Positions 40,581-55,200 of a stretch of DNA of 64,000 nucleotides are shown in pieces (within the stretch, counting starts at the first letter, position 1; each line of letters begins with the position of its first letter). The stretch is from contig NC_134468.1 in the NCBI RefSeq assembly GCF_964194025.1, positions 74,462,001-74,526,000 on the forward strand, given 5' to 3'. The notes under the pieces are model-generated. The model saw only the letters and a list, made by a program, of their open reading frames with translations. It made no database searches and was not told the DNA's origin. The translations under genes were made by a program, and so were the position numbers. This DNA is from Convolutriloba macropyga. Its lineage: Eukaryota.

Positions 40581-43500
40581 GAACATCTCAATTATTGCTC
40601 AATGCCTCGAAATTGACAAACACGAAATATAAGGACATCTGTTAGTCAAATACAGTAACACATGTATTTCAATAGACCTTGAATTTCCAGGTCAATATTT
40701 CCAGAAACTAGAGCACGATGGAGTTTTGCACCTTAGCCAATTTGTCATCAGAAAAGCTAGAAAAATCAATTTGTTGCGCGCAAGTCTCTTTGAAAAATCA
40801 CATCTGATGAAAAATCGACTGAGAAGTTTTCAATTTTTCAGAAACTCTTTTTTCTAATTCATATATACAGAAATGCAGTAATGTTTTTGTTATTTCAAAG
40901 AGATCTATCGAGTTTTACGGGTACAGATACAACTTTTGTGTTGGTAAATTTTTTACTTTAACAAAAGGCTATTAAAACATAGCTGGCAGACGGCCCGAAA
41001 ATAGTCGCAATAGCTTCGTATATCTGCAATCTCAAAAAAATGGCAAAAATGTTGAGATGCTATTTTGATTCAGAATCTGTTTAACTTATTGCTGCTTTCA
41101 TTAGCTGCTCTCAAATAACCTTCATTTAGAGTGGCACGCATTCACTTGACCTTATCTCTGAATTAACGTAAATAAAAGTCATTTCTGAGAGCGAGGTAAG
41201 TCAAGTGTGACCAAAAATTTAATCACGCGAATGAACAAAAAAATCGTTCCACAAAGAGTTAAAAATAACGTCACGCACGCAATCCAGTTGAAATTGCATG
41301 AGCGAATGAGCAAATGGCAGATTTTGTGACGTCATAAAAAAACCTGTAGATCATAACAAACAACCTGTGGATGAAATAACATAGCACGGCCAGTTTTGAA
41401 AGACAACAACGTGGTCCAATTTTACCGGTAGTAAAGACATACAAATTGCTGACACGATCATCCTTCACAATTATGAGGACTGATTGTACCTCTGGTTCCC
41501 ATGACAGTGTTCTGGAACAAACAATTTGGAGACTTTCGCTAATTTGTTTTTATCAAAAATGAACAATTTAATATTTAATTTACCAAGAAATTCTTCCCCC
41601 AAAACCAATATTGCGCAACTATTTGGAACAAAGAATTTTTTAACAGCCCCACGATGATAGCAAGGCCAGTTTTCGTCTCAGAGTAGACTTTTGCAACGAA
41701 AAAAGAATATGATTGTCTTTTGACTCTGTCCGTTTAATACTTTTTGCAATTTTCTTCATCTCACACAGGCTGTTATCATTTAGTGAGTTTAAACTAATGA
41801 GAGGTCTAATTTATGTTAAAATGAGGCCAAAGGAATAAATATTGTGTTTTCTGAGAAAAGCTAATGGTTTTTATGGCTCCCAAAAGTTCACGTAAATTTG
41901 TAAATTCTTGAGTTCTGCCAGCACTTGTTACTTTTGACGATATCTAACAAATCTTATTTGCTATCTAGGTAGCTATTAAATAAACTATCTAAAGCTTTCA
42001 ATTGATACCTAATGGTTTTATTACTACAAGTTGATCATTACGCAAAATTCATATTATATTTTTGATATATTGTTTTTTATTGTCTATTTAGCTATTTTGG
42101 CAAATTTTGAAAAACCTATTCATTCAATTTGACAAGCAGTAAAAGCGAGATTAGTTTTGGTTTCATTGTGGAGCTTTAAAATTCCAAATTTTTAGGGTAG
42201 TAATGGGGCGCTGTTTTTTTCAAAGTTTTCTTTGTTTTTTATATTAATTACAGACCACAATCATTTCAAATCACAACCCAATTACTGTAAATTACAAACT
42301 ACGAGCACATGAAGAACAAAGAACCTACATTAATATTTCAGCGATAAGCTTGCGGTTTTTTCAGCTTCAAAACTGTTTGCTTGAAAAAAATTTGAAATTT
42401 TGAGTTGCGCCTGTACTCGTTGTTGTTTTGTAGTCCTCTGACTTAGCCTCAGTAATGATGTGTCGAATAGGCAGTAATAATCGAATCTAATTGCATTGTT
42501 TTAGTTTAAAGCATACAGTTTTTATTTCGTATAATTTTGAAAAAAAGATGTTTACAAAAAAAACATTGGTTTTTTCAGATTTGCCAATTTTGTCTCATTT
42601 CTGTCGTCTTGTAGCAAAGTATCACCAAACCGAGAGATCATATTCTCTTTCAGGTTAATTATAATGTAGTCTTCATTGCTGTTTTTTAATTGAATGATGT
42701 TTTTTGGCTTTAAAACTAAACTTGGTTTTTCAAATCTTTCTTGATTTTTGGACATTTTGCTGTCTTTCAGTTTTTTGCTATCTTGTACAATTATCAAATT
42801 ACTGAAAGGTCATATATCACAGTGTTGGGGATTGGAGACGCAATTAAATATGTTCAATGTTTTTTGTGAATAGACTATGATTTTAGAGCATTCGGCACCA
42901 TTTTCTCGCAATGATTGACACCGGTTTTTGGCAATGATTGACTGTATTTTTTCTCTTTGTATTTGTAAGACATTCTGGATAATCAATGGTCTCAATGGTT
43001 TACTATGAAAGTACAAATGTGCTCATTTAATTCTTTTAATTTAATAGCTAGAGGTTTTCATGTCTCTAAAATTGTTTTCAAAAAGTATAAACGCATTTTT
43101 CTAACTTTGCCTTTTTGGTTTTTGTCTACATGTTAATTATCCTCCATAAAACCAGGTCCTTTATCTTTTCAGGTGAGCTTCAGATCATTTTTTTATTTGG
43201 GTTCATCTCATGCTCTTTTAACTTTATTATTAAGCTTTTTTTAAATTTAAGTAAGGCTTGTTGTTTGTATTTGCTCCTATTGTCTGTCTTGTCTCCCAGT
43301 CTCCATAATAGCAGATGTCATCGGCATTCTATTGAGGCATTAGTTAATTTTTTAATGGTTTGGATTTAAATTGATTTTTTAAATGGATGTACCAATTGTT
43401 TTTTAGAACAATTTATGAGTTTTTGAAATTTTTCTATCTACTCATTTGGTATACAATTAAGTCAAAAATGTGGTTGAGCGGGGTTGGATTTATATGTGCG

Positions 43501-44574
43501 AAAGCGCATTACCGAGCCTTCTTAAAGTAGCACGAAACTTCACATGAAGCAAACAAAGCATGATCGTGTATCTAGATCAAATTCAGATCCTCGTTATTCG
43601 AAAGTTACTCGAGTCATCCAGCACGAACAAAAAAGTGGAACTTAATAACACAAACTCCTTGTGTTCATTTTTCATTTAAAATTTTAACATCAAGTGCTGT
43701 AAAGAACGTAACAAAAAAAAGAATTAATCGATTCAAGTACTCTCGTCGACGAATTTAACGCTATAATCGCATTATTAGTTTTCCAATTTTTTTATTCTGA
43801 GTTCTACATGAATCGATTGCAAACGAATGCAATTTTAGCAGCTCTAAAATCTGCATATATCGCCAACGGAAAAAATGAAGATAGAAAACTGCCAGTGTTC
43901 TGCAAGTAGCAACAAGATGGGTCCCACAAAATTTTCCCAAATTGATCATTAAAGTCTTGATTTCACAATACAAATACTTGCTAGAAATAATGAACGCATG
44001 ATAAAAATGAACAAATTTCACGTGAATGAACAAAGTGGACTGTAAATCGATAGATTTTTTATAGCTCTAAATTCTAAATGATTACAGCAGTACGGAGAAA
44101 ATCCAGATAGAAATTTGAAGGTTTCCTGTAAGGAACATTAAATTGATTAATGTTCCTAACAGTAAACTGTCAAATTTCAACCTGCATTTTTTCCGCATTA
44201 CTGCCATCTTTAAAAATTTAGAGCTAATAAAATCTTTCGATTTACAGTCGATTCATGAAACCTTCAAAACAAAAAAAAACGAGTGTAAGAAGGTGGAGAT
44301 AACATTAAAATATCAAAATGGCAAAGACCTTTGAACTCATATCTGAGTCCTGCAAAGCCACCTTATATGTAGGCACTTAAAATAACCACGTGACTAAGAT
44401 TACTTGACTAGGATTAAAAAAACTTGACACAATCCCAAAATTAGGCCTTTTTCTGAATTCAAAACTATTCTTCAAGTGGGGAAAAAATAAAACTGATTTA
44501 ACCTTTAATTATTCAGTTCTATGAAAAATAGATTTTGGCAATAAATACTTATCAATGCTGAATCAATAACTGCA

Positions 44575-47500
44575 TCATTTAAATGTGAAGTCACCCACCA
44601 GAGCCAAATGATCGGAAGCCATTCCAATATTGGGTAACCCCCCAAAAGTGGCGACACTTTCTAATGAAGGCATTGGCAATCTGTTCACGCATTTCAAATT
44701 GTCAGAGTCGAAGTATATCCAATCTAATGTGCTGTGAAAATTGTAGACCATATTTGTGAACTCAATACTCCATTTAGGAAAGCAGCTTTCTAGCATACTC
44801 AATACAGGTGGCAGACTCAAGGTAAACTCGATGCCTGCCGATAACGGATCCAACTCTTCAATGTCCAACACTTCGCTGTGCATAAAGCGCGTTGCAAAGG
44901 AACATGGGCTTGAATTCATATCACCCAACATCAGACTTCCCAAATCGCCACTTTGCATTCCCAAAGTAGCATAGAGATCTTCAGTTTTGCGCATGATGAA
45001 ATGAGCTAAGGTTGCTGTTTGCAGAAGCCTGACTGCATCAAAGTCGTGTTTTGCAGCTAAGTGGGTATTAGCCACCAACACATATTTCTGTTTTGCCTTC
45101 AACTTTAGGACGCAAAACTAAAATATGACTCACGTCAAAAGAATTCAAACTTTACAATTCGCACTCGAAAATAAATATTTTATACATGGTTACATTTTTA
45201 TACATTTCATACATGCGCAAAAATTATCAAGCACAAATTTTGCATAAAAAAGACACATGTTTACAATAATTAACTTAAACTTTGTTCGCGAGCAATTAAA
45301 AACATAGAAGGACAAGTCCTCTAGTACAATTCAAAGAACTTTCATTGACTAAACAGAAAACAAGGCCTAGAGAGGACTAGGAACTGATTCGGAAAAGCAA
45401 TTTAAAAAACCGATCAAAAAACATTAAGAACATAATTCAAATTTCCCCAAGTAAACCGGCACCGATTTATTAATCTACTTTAAAACTTTCAGTCCATTTC
45501 CTGTTTCGACGTGACCAAAATCACTTCAATTTGACTTCAAAAAAATGAAAATGTGTTCATAGATAAAAACATAGCCAGAAGACTCCGGAATCGACTCGAA
45601 GTAAAAAAAATCACTCAGGCCCAAACTTAGCGTAACGTTACTCACTAATTGTAAGATAATTCTTGTTTACTCGTCTTTTAAAAATCAATTAAGAAAAACT
45701 CAGAAAAATGAGGAAAAATACCTGATAACTTTTTCCTAAAAATTCTTCGATTCCAAACAACTTGTTCTCAACAGACCATCTATTACAGTTTCTTAAAATG
45801 AAAACACTTACATTTAGTGATATCACAAATCTGTTTTCAGAAAGACTTGCACTACGACTTCTGCTCAATCAGTGAATAACACCACAGCCACTTAACAACA
45901 CAAAACACCCAAAAAAGCGAAAACGATTTTAAGAAAACAGCATTTTTCTCGAGTATTCTAGTAAAACTGGCCTTTGAAACTTTCAAATGTCTCAGGTAGT
46001 AAAATAACCCAAAGAGTAGTCCAAACTAAGCAGAGAATAGATAATTGAACCCAAGAAAGTATTTTAAAAAGCATAAAAACCAAGTAAATAAGAAAAAAAC
46101 TTCAAGAAGAGGCCAAAATTTTTCACAATTTAATCAATTTTCTTTAGCAAAACCAACTCAAAATTAATAGCAATCAAATGAATTGCTCACAAAAAAAACA
46201 AACTGACTTCAACCAAAATATTTCCGCAGCACAAAAATAAATTGAAGGAGAACTGAATAAATAGCAGGCAGATTGCCAGAAAATAGCCACAATAGCTTCA
46301 AAGATCTGCATTCTCAAAAAGATCTGCAGTATCATTAAACGCTGAGAAGTTTTTTTTGGATTTTGATTTAGAATATGTATAAGTTATTGATGATTATTAG
46401 CTGCTCTTAAATATAGAGGGACACACACACTCACTCGACGTTACCTCCCTAAATTAATGTAAAGAAAATTTGTTTTGAGAAGTCAATTTTGAGAGTGAAA
46501 TAAGTCACGTGTGACCAACAACTTCAACATGCGAATAAAAAATGCTCCACTAAGAGTGATACATGACGTCACGCACGCAATTTAGTGGCAATTGAATGAA
46601 AGAATGAGCAAAATGACGATTTGAAAAGATTGACATCATACGGTGGTAACAAAAAACGCAACAAAAAATCAGAGAAGGCCAATAATAGCCCCCGCTATTG
46701 TTCTGCGGAAATTAAACAGCGTTTAGGACGGCAAAACAATAAATAGCTCGAAATTGAATCACAAAAAGTAATAATCACTTCCGATGGTCGAAATAACCCA
46801 CAAACGTACAATTGCAAGCTAATATAGATGTTAAAAACCACATTGCCGAAAAGTAAGAGCTAAAACTACTGAAATGCTTTGAAAAAACCGCACGTGGTGA
46901 GAAACTCGATCGCTTAGAACTTTTCAAACCTACCTTTTCACGCTTTCCTTTTGAAAACCGGTATGAACAAAAAACAACGCTTTCTTTTCTTTCCGCTCTT
47001 CAGTTCTGTTAACAAGCAAAAATCAAAGTATTAATACTTGCGACAATGACTTTTACATCTTGTTTCAGAACAACTAAACGGATTAGAAAATAGATCACCA
47101 TAACTTCTCTTTATGCCGTGAAAAGTCAGCGCCCCAATAAAACTCAAAATTTTTGAAGTGTAAAAAAGAACAAAACCTAATAGACTCGATACCGATACAA
47201 ATCAGCATTCTCTCTGAAGAACTCTGATACCCTGAACAATATTACTTAATGACCGTTATTCATCCATGTAATCTATTTTTCTTTTCAACTCGCTCTTTCA
47301 ATCACGGCCGTATTCGCTATATTGAGAAAAATTCAAAACTGAAAATTCTAAACTCCAATCACTTGAAACAGTGGGTAAGGTAAGTCCGAAATCAATGCCA
47401 AATGATAAAAGCAATTACAATACAAAGAAACAATAATTGTAAATTCCTAATCTGGTCATCAGAAATGAAGCACAGGTTAAAAGATGCATTTAAAATCAAT

Positions 47501-49168
47501 AAAACACAGGCTAAATAATTATAAAATGCAGAAAAATATAGTATAAGTGCAGCAAAAAACTTTGAAGGAAATCCTTTTTTAAAATTGAAAAAAAAGAATC
47601 CAAAAGCCCATAAAATTCATGCCACATAGCTATGGCGATGATACTCTAACGCCCCCTCGCTCCACCCTTTTTGAATATAAGGAGCCGAAGAGAAGTGTAT
47701 CAAAATATCCAAACTAGCAACCGTTGGTTTTGACGTATTTAGAAAAAATGAAAGCCGAACACTAGAGAACAGAAAATGTGATAGGGAACATAAAAATTTA
47801 ACTTGACCCTCAGAACCAAACAGACAAGAAGATAAATTCCCAATACAAATTAAATGCAAAATTTACTAAAAAGATTTCTTTCATAGCTCAAAATTCCGTC
47901 AAAGTGTTACATTCGCTACCGATGGTCAAAAATCACCCTCAAACGTACAATTACAAGTTAATGCAGTTGTTAAAACCACTTTGCAGAAAAATTAGAGCTA
48001 AAACTACTCACCGCTTTGAAAAAGCTGCACGTGATAAAAAAAAATTTGCTCGCATAGCAAACTTTTACACTTACTTTTTTTCGCTCATCTTTCGAAAACC
48101 GATAGGAAAGTAACCACCAATCTCTCCTCTCCAACTCTGTTCGACAAGTGAAAATAGTTGTTTTAACATGTGTAGCATTGACTTTTATATCCTCTCTCAG
48201 AACAACTCGACCGATAAAAACAGATCACCATAACTCCTCTTCGAGTCATAAAGACAGCTCCATCAAATTGTGGGTGCCAACGAGAAGTATATGAAAACAT
48301 CCGACTAGCAGCTACCTTAGGCCTTAAGTGTTAAAAAAATGAAGGCATAACGCTAGAGAACAGATTGTGATAGTGAACTTAGCAAAAACTTTTTGGAATC
48401 AAACAGACAAAAGTATATATACCACGTAGGAATTAAGAAAAGCAAAATTCACTAAATAGAGAAAGGTTTCAATTTTTCACTTAAAAATAACTAACTTGGA
48501 GACCAGAAAGACTTGCTTAGCATCCAGACGTCCAAAAAATCGAGAAAGGGAAAAACTAGCAAAACCCCTCTAATTCGTTTAAAATGTTTAACTCACACCT
48601 ACATAAAAACCTGTCCACGAGCATAGAAAAAATAAATGCGCTCTTAAAGCAAACACAAAAAACGACAATTTTTCACACAAAAAAAGTGCATCAAGACCCA
48701 CATGAACGACCTATTAAATTGAACAAAACTGAAAACTGTGACTGCTATCAAGTAAAAACTAAGAACTCAAAAAAGACTGAGAAAAACAATAAAATCTACT
48801 CCTTTTGGTTAAATAAACATAACCGACTAACGTTGGGCGAATTGCTTTCAAACGACCCGCGAGCGGCTGCCTTCGTCAGCAGCTAGCCACGGTTTAGTGA
48901 CCTCTGGTTGCTACCTCTTTAACCCGTTTCTCAAGACGAAAGTCAAATGGGTCAGACAAAAAATCGGCCAAGCGAAAAACTGCATAAAAGAGACAAACAG
49001 GATTAGTATATTTGCTACAAATTGCTTTTGAGAGCAATTAATAATGATTTCCTAAAAAGTGATTGTAAGGTCATTTATGATGAAAAAACAACTTACTATA
49101 ACTCATTGTTGGTGAGGATCAGAGAAGATGACATTACGCCACATAAGAGCAGCTGAAGTGCGGCATCA

Positions 49169-49210
<42 letters not shown>

Positions 49211-52200
49211 AACGGGAACCAGAAAGCGAAGGAAAGGAACTCTAACCGGCAGAGAGAGAAAGAGACAGAACAATTTTCCATGATGGGATTCGACTCTGCA
49301 ACATGTATTTTCTAGCCTTGTTAGTAAATAAATCATGAAGAAAAAACTGAAAAAGGCAAAATAAAAAAGTTTTCAACTTCACAGTAAAAAAAGTTCAAAA
49401 CAATCTTTGTCTCGAAAGTTCTGTCAAGAAAAGTTTCGTTAGCCAGTAATAGTCGTTAAACTCAGAAGACAAAATAACAAAATTTTGAAAATTGCAAATT
49501 TTAACAAAATCTTGCAAAAACAAAGTCTTAAAATTCAAGATATTAAAATCTTAAGAACAATTTCATTGTCTTAAGAGATTATTCGGTATCCCTGTTCCAA
49601 GCCTGAAATAGTTTCACAAGCTCATAAAGATCCATACACATGAAACATAAAACTTTATCCAAAAATTACAAATACTGGAGTCATTAGAAAAATTGATCAC
49701 CATCTCATTAACTCTAAAAACTATGCATCAGCTTATTATCAAACCTTGGAGGAGGTCCCAGGGCCTGTGCTGCCAGAAAATTTTCAAAAACATGAAAAAA
49801 TTGCAAATAATTTGAAAAACTGCTGAAAATCTTGATATTAAATTCTTGAAGAACATTCCATTATATCTATAAACTATGCAGTCACATATTATCAAACCCT
49901 AGAGGAAGTTCCGTGGCTCTTGAGGCTAGAGAAACCTATAAAATGAGAGAATTTCAAAAAAATTAAAAATTGCGAGTTTTATTTAAAAAAAGGCTAACTT
50001 GTGATATTGAAACATTGAAAATTATTCCATGACCAATAAAAAACTTTTCAGGAACTTATAATCAAACCCTAACTTAGGTTTTCTGATCTTTGAAGCTCAA
50101 AAAACCTGAATGACTATAAATGTCAAAAAACTAAAATGGCAAAAATTGTCAAAAATATGCTAAAATTCGTGATGTTAAAATCTTGCAAGACATTCCATTT
50201 AATGTAGACATTATACAGTAAACTAATTTCAAAACTTCATAGGAGGTTCCATGGCTCTTGAGACTGAAAAAACCTAAAAAATTTTTAAAAAACGTGAAAA
50301 AAGCAAGTTTTATCAAAAAATTGCTAAAATTTGTGACATTAAAAAGTTGAAAAACTATTTCATCGCCTATAAAAAATTGTCAGTAAATTATTATCAAACC
50401 CCTCAGGATGTTTTCTGGCCCCTGGGATTGGGAAAACCTGAATAAGTAAAAATATGTCAAAAAATTTGAAAAAAATTGCAAGTTTTGTCAAAAAATGCTA
50501 AAATTTGTGTTAAAATGTTGAAACAATTCCATTACCACTAAAAACAAGGTAGTAACCTATTATTAAAACCTAAAGGAGGTTCCTTGACACCTAGGGCTAA
50601 TAAAAATCAAAAGTTATAGATTTTCAAAAAGCTTGAAAAAATTGCAAAATAGTACAAATTTGCGTTTTTAGCAAGCGGTTGTTCGTCAGTAGCTAGCCAC
50701 GGGGGGGGGGGGGGGTTGCACCTGGGGCTGATGGGGGCGGGGGTGCAACAGTGGGGTGGAAGGGGCAACAGCGCGGTGTAGGGGGACAATAGTGAGTGGG
50801 GGGGTCAAAAGTGGGGTGTCTTCAACCTCTACGAACCGCCCTTCACACCAACACCATAAGTATAAGTATAAGTCTCCCAAACAGTTTGAGCTGAAACAGA
50901 GCTGAAAAGCTCTAAGAGCACTTAATGTCCGCTGTGCGCTACCTGTTTATCCCGTTTCTGAGGACGCAAAGTCAAAAGCGTCAGACGAAAAATCGGTCAA
51001 GCGAAAAATCGCATTAAAAAAAAGACCGACAGGACTAACATAATTGCTACAAACTTCGTTTGAGAGCAATTAAAAATGCCCCTTTTTAACTTGAAGTAAT
51101 TTCTTCCCAAGAACTTAACATACTCCGCACTCAAAGCAGTGAAAACTTTTTTATTCAAACGCCACCACTCTCTATTCCAATTCCCTCGTGCTTTAGGGGT
51201 TACCAGGTATCAAAGTAATCTGAAAACTGTGAAGACATCCATCATACACAAAAAGAGAGCACCAATACAGTCTTATTTTTTGAAACGGTAAGAAAGCGAG
51301 CAAATAAATAAAAGCCACATGAGCAGCTTATTTCAGTTATTAAAATTTCCTTTCAGGAAAATTCGTTCAAAATCACTTATTCTACAAGCTTACGGTCCAG
51401 AAAAGATGATCGAAGGGAGAACATTCCCACAACTGTGTAAATCTTCTTGTGATGCAGAAGTATGACTGGATCCGTGAAAAATAGACCAAAATTGAAAAAC
51501 CGGTAGCATAACCAGCCGCCAGCTCTCTTTAATCCACCGAGTGCCAAAAATAATGATCTTTGAATATATTAGCAAACTTTGAATTGCGTGATAATTGGAA
51601 GATTTTGACTCTTAACTTAAAACCAAAACTGCGGGACGACACATCTGAAGACATTTTTCTAATTTACCTTTTTCAGTACCTCCAAAAAATAACAAACTTC
51701 AGCAGAAAGGACAGACGACAAATTGTATTCAGTTACTATGTCTATATGATACATTACGACTATGTCTATATGATACATTACGTCTATATAAGCTTTCGAA
51801 ACGCATTTTTAAATGTTTTTATAGTATTTTTCAAAACTGGATCTGAATTACAGATATTTCAAAGAAAGAAACTAAAAATTGGCCGATATTAGAAACAATA
51901 TACCGGAAACTGATCACAACTGAAGGCAGAGAGCCTCGTTAAATAGATAACCTAACCAAAATTAGCAGAAATCTGCCAGGAAAGTCAATCATCGACTACT
52001 GTGAAACAAAAACGGCAGATCATAGATTTTCTGGGAATTCTAGCCGAATGGGCGTTTAGCAGAACACTAAAAACGAAAACTCCAAACGATACATTTGATC
52101 AAATGCAATTATGCATTATTTACCTGAAATGTTGTAGTTCTGCACAGAAAATCTTCACGCAGATCATGCGAGCAGACAGCTAAGAATGAGGTCAACACTT

Positions 52201-55200
52201 CACTTTCATAGCAATACTCATTCATAGATAATGTTCCACTCTCAACCAACTCGAACACCTGTCCTTTGAAAAAGATTGCTTCTCCGTCACTTCTACGTGC
52301 ATTCTGGGTTGAGTAGACTCCATTCAGTCCATGTAGCTTCATAAATGGTAGCAATTCATTGTGATAAAATTTATCTTCAACCTCTTGCAATGCCAAAATG
52401 TCAGCATTGTAGTCAAGGAACTCACGATACAGGATCTGTTTTCGGTACTCCATTGGCAACACGTACTTGGGGCACTGAGGATACACTTAAAAAGATAAAG
52501 AATAATAAATAAATTCAATGTTTTTGCTTTTCATTTTTGTTAGACGGTTATTCCGCTGTGTTCCCAAGTAAGAAAATGGAGAGGCTTATTTTTACATGTT
52601 AAAATAACTCGATGATCACAATAGATGAGTTGACCATAAATGAGCTTCACGTATCATAATCTTTTCTCTATTATAACACCCCAGTTGTAATTTAATCCAC
52701 GGAGTGCAAAAAAAGCCAGTCAAAACATACATTCAAAATAGACTTGCTGTTGTAGCATACAGATATAATTAGGTATGATTGAGATAACGAAACGACCACA
52801 GAGACTAAAACATACAAATTAAACCTTAGTCAAATTAAATTAGTGATTTCACTTCAAACGTTATGCGCTTCTAGAAGCAGCTGACATTTCAAGCTGTTCT
52901 ACCGAAGCATAGCTCCGTTCAGCTTACAGCTATAATCAAAACAACCCTTGAAAGATCTTACTTGTGGTAAGTGCAAAGTCAGTGAAGACGTAACAGTCCG
53001 CAAGAATGTTGTAGGAGACCACTCTGAAATCAATCTCAAGGTTACCAGAGGTCATTCGCACCAGCTGCTGCCTCACAGTTAAAGGCGTCTCGCCAACTGG
53101 TGCCTGGAAGGGCTCCGGTCCATCTATCGTAACACTTTCACCTCTGCGATTTTCAAAATATGGGGTAATTTCCACTTTGAATCGTTTGCTCACAAACTGA
53201 ACAGGCGGTTCGTAAACAGGTTGTTGACAAACAAGGGCAAAATTGTGCGGCTGTGATTCGACAAACCAAGAGCATTCAAAATGGGTGGAAAACTCCATTT
53301 CAATAGTAGGTTGGATAATGTAAGTTGCCATCGCATGAGAAGATATCGAAGCAGAGAGGACTTTGGGCAGATTAATGACAAGCGCGTAGATTGTGTCGTT
53401 GATCCGAAACTTGTTCGAATTATCCAAAACCACCTTTTCCAATAGAAGATTTTCACTTAAAGTATTCAACATTTATCAGATTAACGGAACTGAATTGGGA
53501 TTCATGACAAAACGGTAAAAATTCTATAATTGTGAGCCTATTTGTTAACATTTTAAATTCTAAGTAGGCTTCATTATGAAAAAATAAGAGAACAACGCTA
53601 TGCAAAGAAAATTGTGAATAAATATAGGTAGTTAAGATTTCAATTAGAAGTTTATAGCTTAAAATTTGACCGCATATATTGGTGAACCAGGTACACGGCG
53701 TTTTCCGGTTTCGATTGAGTCAACAAAATCTCAAAATTATATAATCCAATGCCATTTTTTTATTGATGCATTTCATTTACTCTCATAGCAAAACAAATAC
53801 GGCCAGCTTGCAACTTCTAAAAGAAAAAAAATAAAATTTGCCATTGTTAACACATTCTACAAATACGAAGTCTTGCGAGTCTGTGCAAGGAGATGAAGAA
53901 AACCTACCACCTGGTAATATGCGAAGCACGATGACAAGACTAGATGAATGTTTAAAAATTGGTCACTAAAACCAGGCAAAAACCATTGCAGAGAGATATA
54001 CAAAAAGTGGTAATAAAAAATTACCACACAGTTATCGTCGAGATTGATATTAATGGTAACAGCTATGCTGTTCAAATTAAGGGTACAATCATAGGTTTAA
54101 CGCCCGGTATCAGAATCCCTACCGAGTCTTCCATATAACTCATAGAGGACGCAACGAAGGCTCCACCCTCGAGAAAGCATCTCAAACTTCAATAAAAAAA
54201 CAGATCGATTCAAATACACAGTTATGAAACAATTGCCCTTAAGAATATCAGTTTCCTCCCAACAAACCTACATCTAGGGGCAGGCGTGGCCCTGGGTCAG
54301 GACTTTCTTACGGACTATTCGGCATCTAAGAAAAGGTTTTGTAATGTGTCTTTTGTTAGTTATCTGGCAGTGCCCTTCGGGAACTGACAGTTTCATAAGT
54401 AGACAAACTAAATTTTTCAACCACTATCAATATTTTGTTCTTTGCTGTTCTTCGAGGCTGTGAGGCATCATGATGAGTTGCATCGAAAACCTCTGAGCGG
54501 CTTAGATGGTATGTCGTGGTTCATGCAACACATACATGCCCGCAGTAACTTTTTAGCGATAGTAAAAATTTTGGAAAAATTTGAAAAATTGTTAGTTTTT
54601 AAGCCCAAAAATAACTTAGAATGACTGAATTTGATCTGGAAAGCAATTGAAAACAGTTAAAAGATCGCAAAATTTCAAGGCTTGCGCCAAGCTCTCGATC
54701 TATGATGGGAGCATGATGCGGGGCAACCCCCACATTCATGCCCTGAGTGACTCTTTTGCTAAGAAAACGGAATTTGAGAACAGTTTTGAAATAAGTTTTT
54801 CGTCCAATTTAGGGTAAAAAATTAGATGAGTTGTGGACCAACTCTCAACAATTTGTGGGATCGAGAAAAAAATTTTAAGAAAATCGAAGCACTCCATAAA
54901 GAACAATTTTTGGACTCAAATTTTCAAAACTTTCTTTTTAGTTTTCAATATTATTGAGACCTGTCGTCGTTTCCCAAGTGCAGATCTAGCTGTAGGCAAA
55001 ATAAAATCTTGTTTGGTCTCCACAAAATTATTTCGGTTCAAAGATAGAGCTTTAGATATTGGCGAAAAATTCGAAAAATTTATGGAATTATTCTATCCAA
55101 TTCTGTCACTTTTGGCCCAAAAGCACCTTTCATACAATCCTCGTAATTTTTGACGGCAGACAAAGTTTCCCACGATAAGGTTAAAAGATCAATAAACTGC

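Noticed and set aside
42550-43400. Possible ancient LINE ORF2 remnant on the minus strand
   Set aside because: Only faint resemblance with no diagnostic motif, so it cannot be supported.
54070-54420. GC-richer island with a GAAAGTCC-like motif and a small hairpin; possible structured ncRNA (RNase MRP/P-like)
   Set aside because: The other conserved elements could not be found by eye; an Infernal/Rfam search would be needed.
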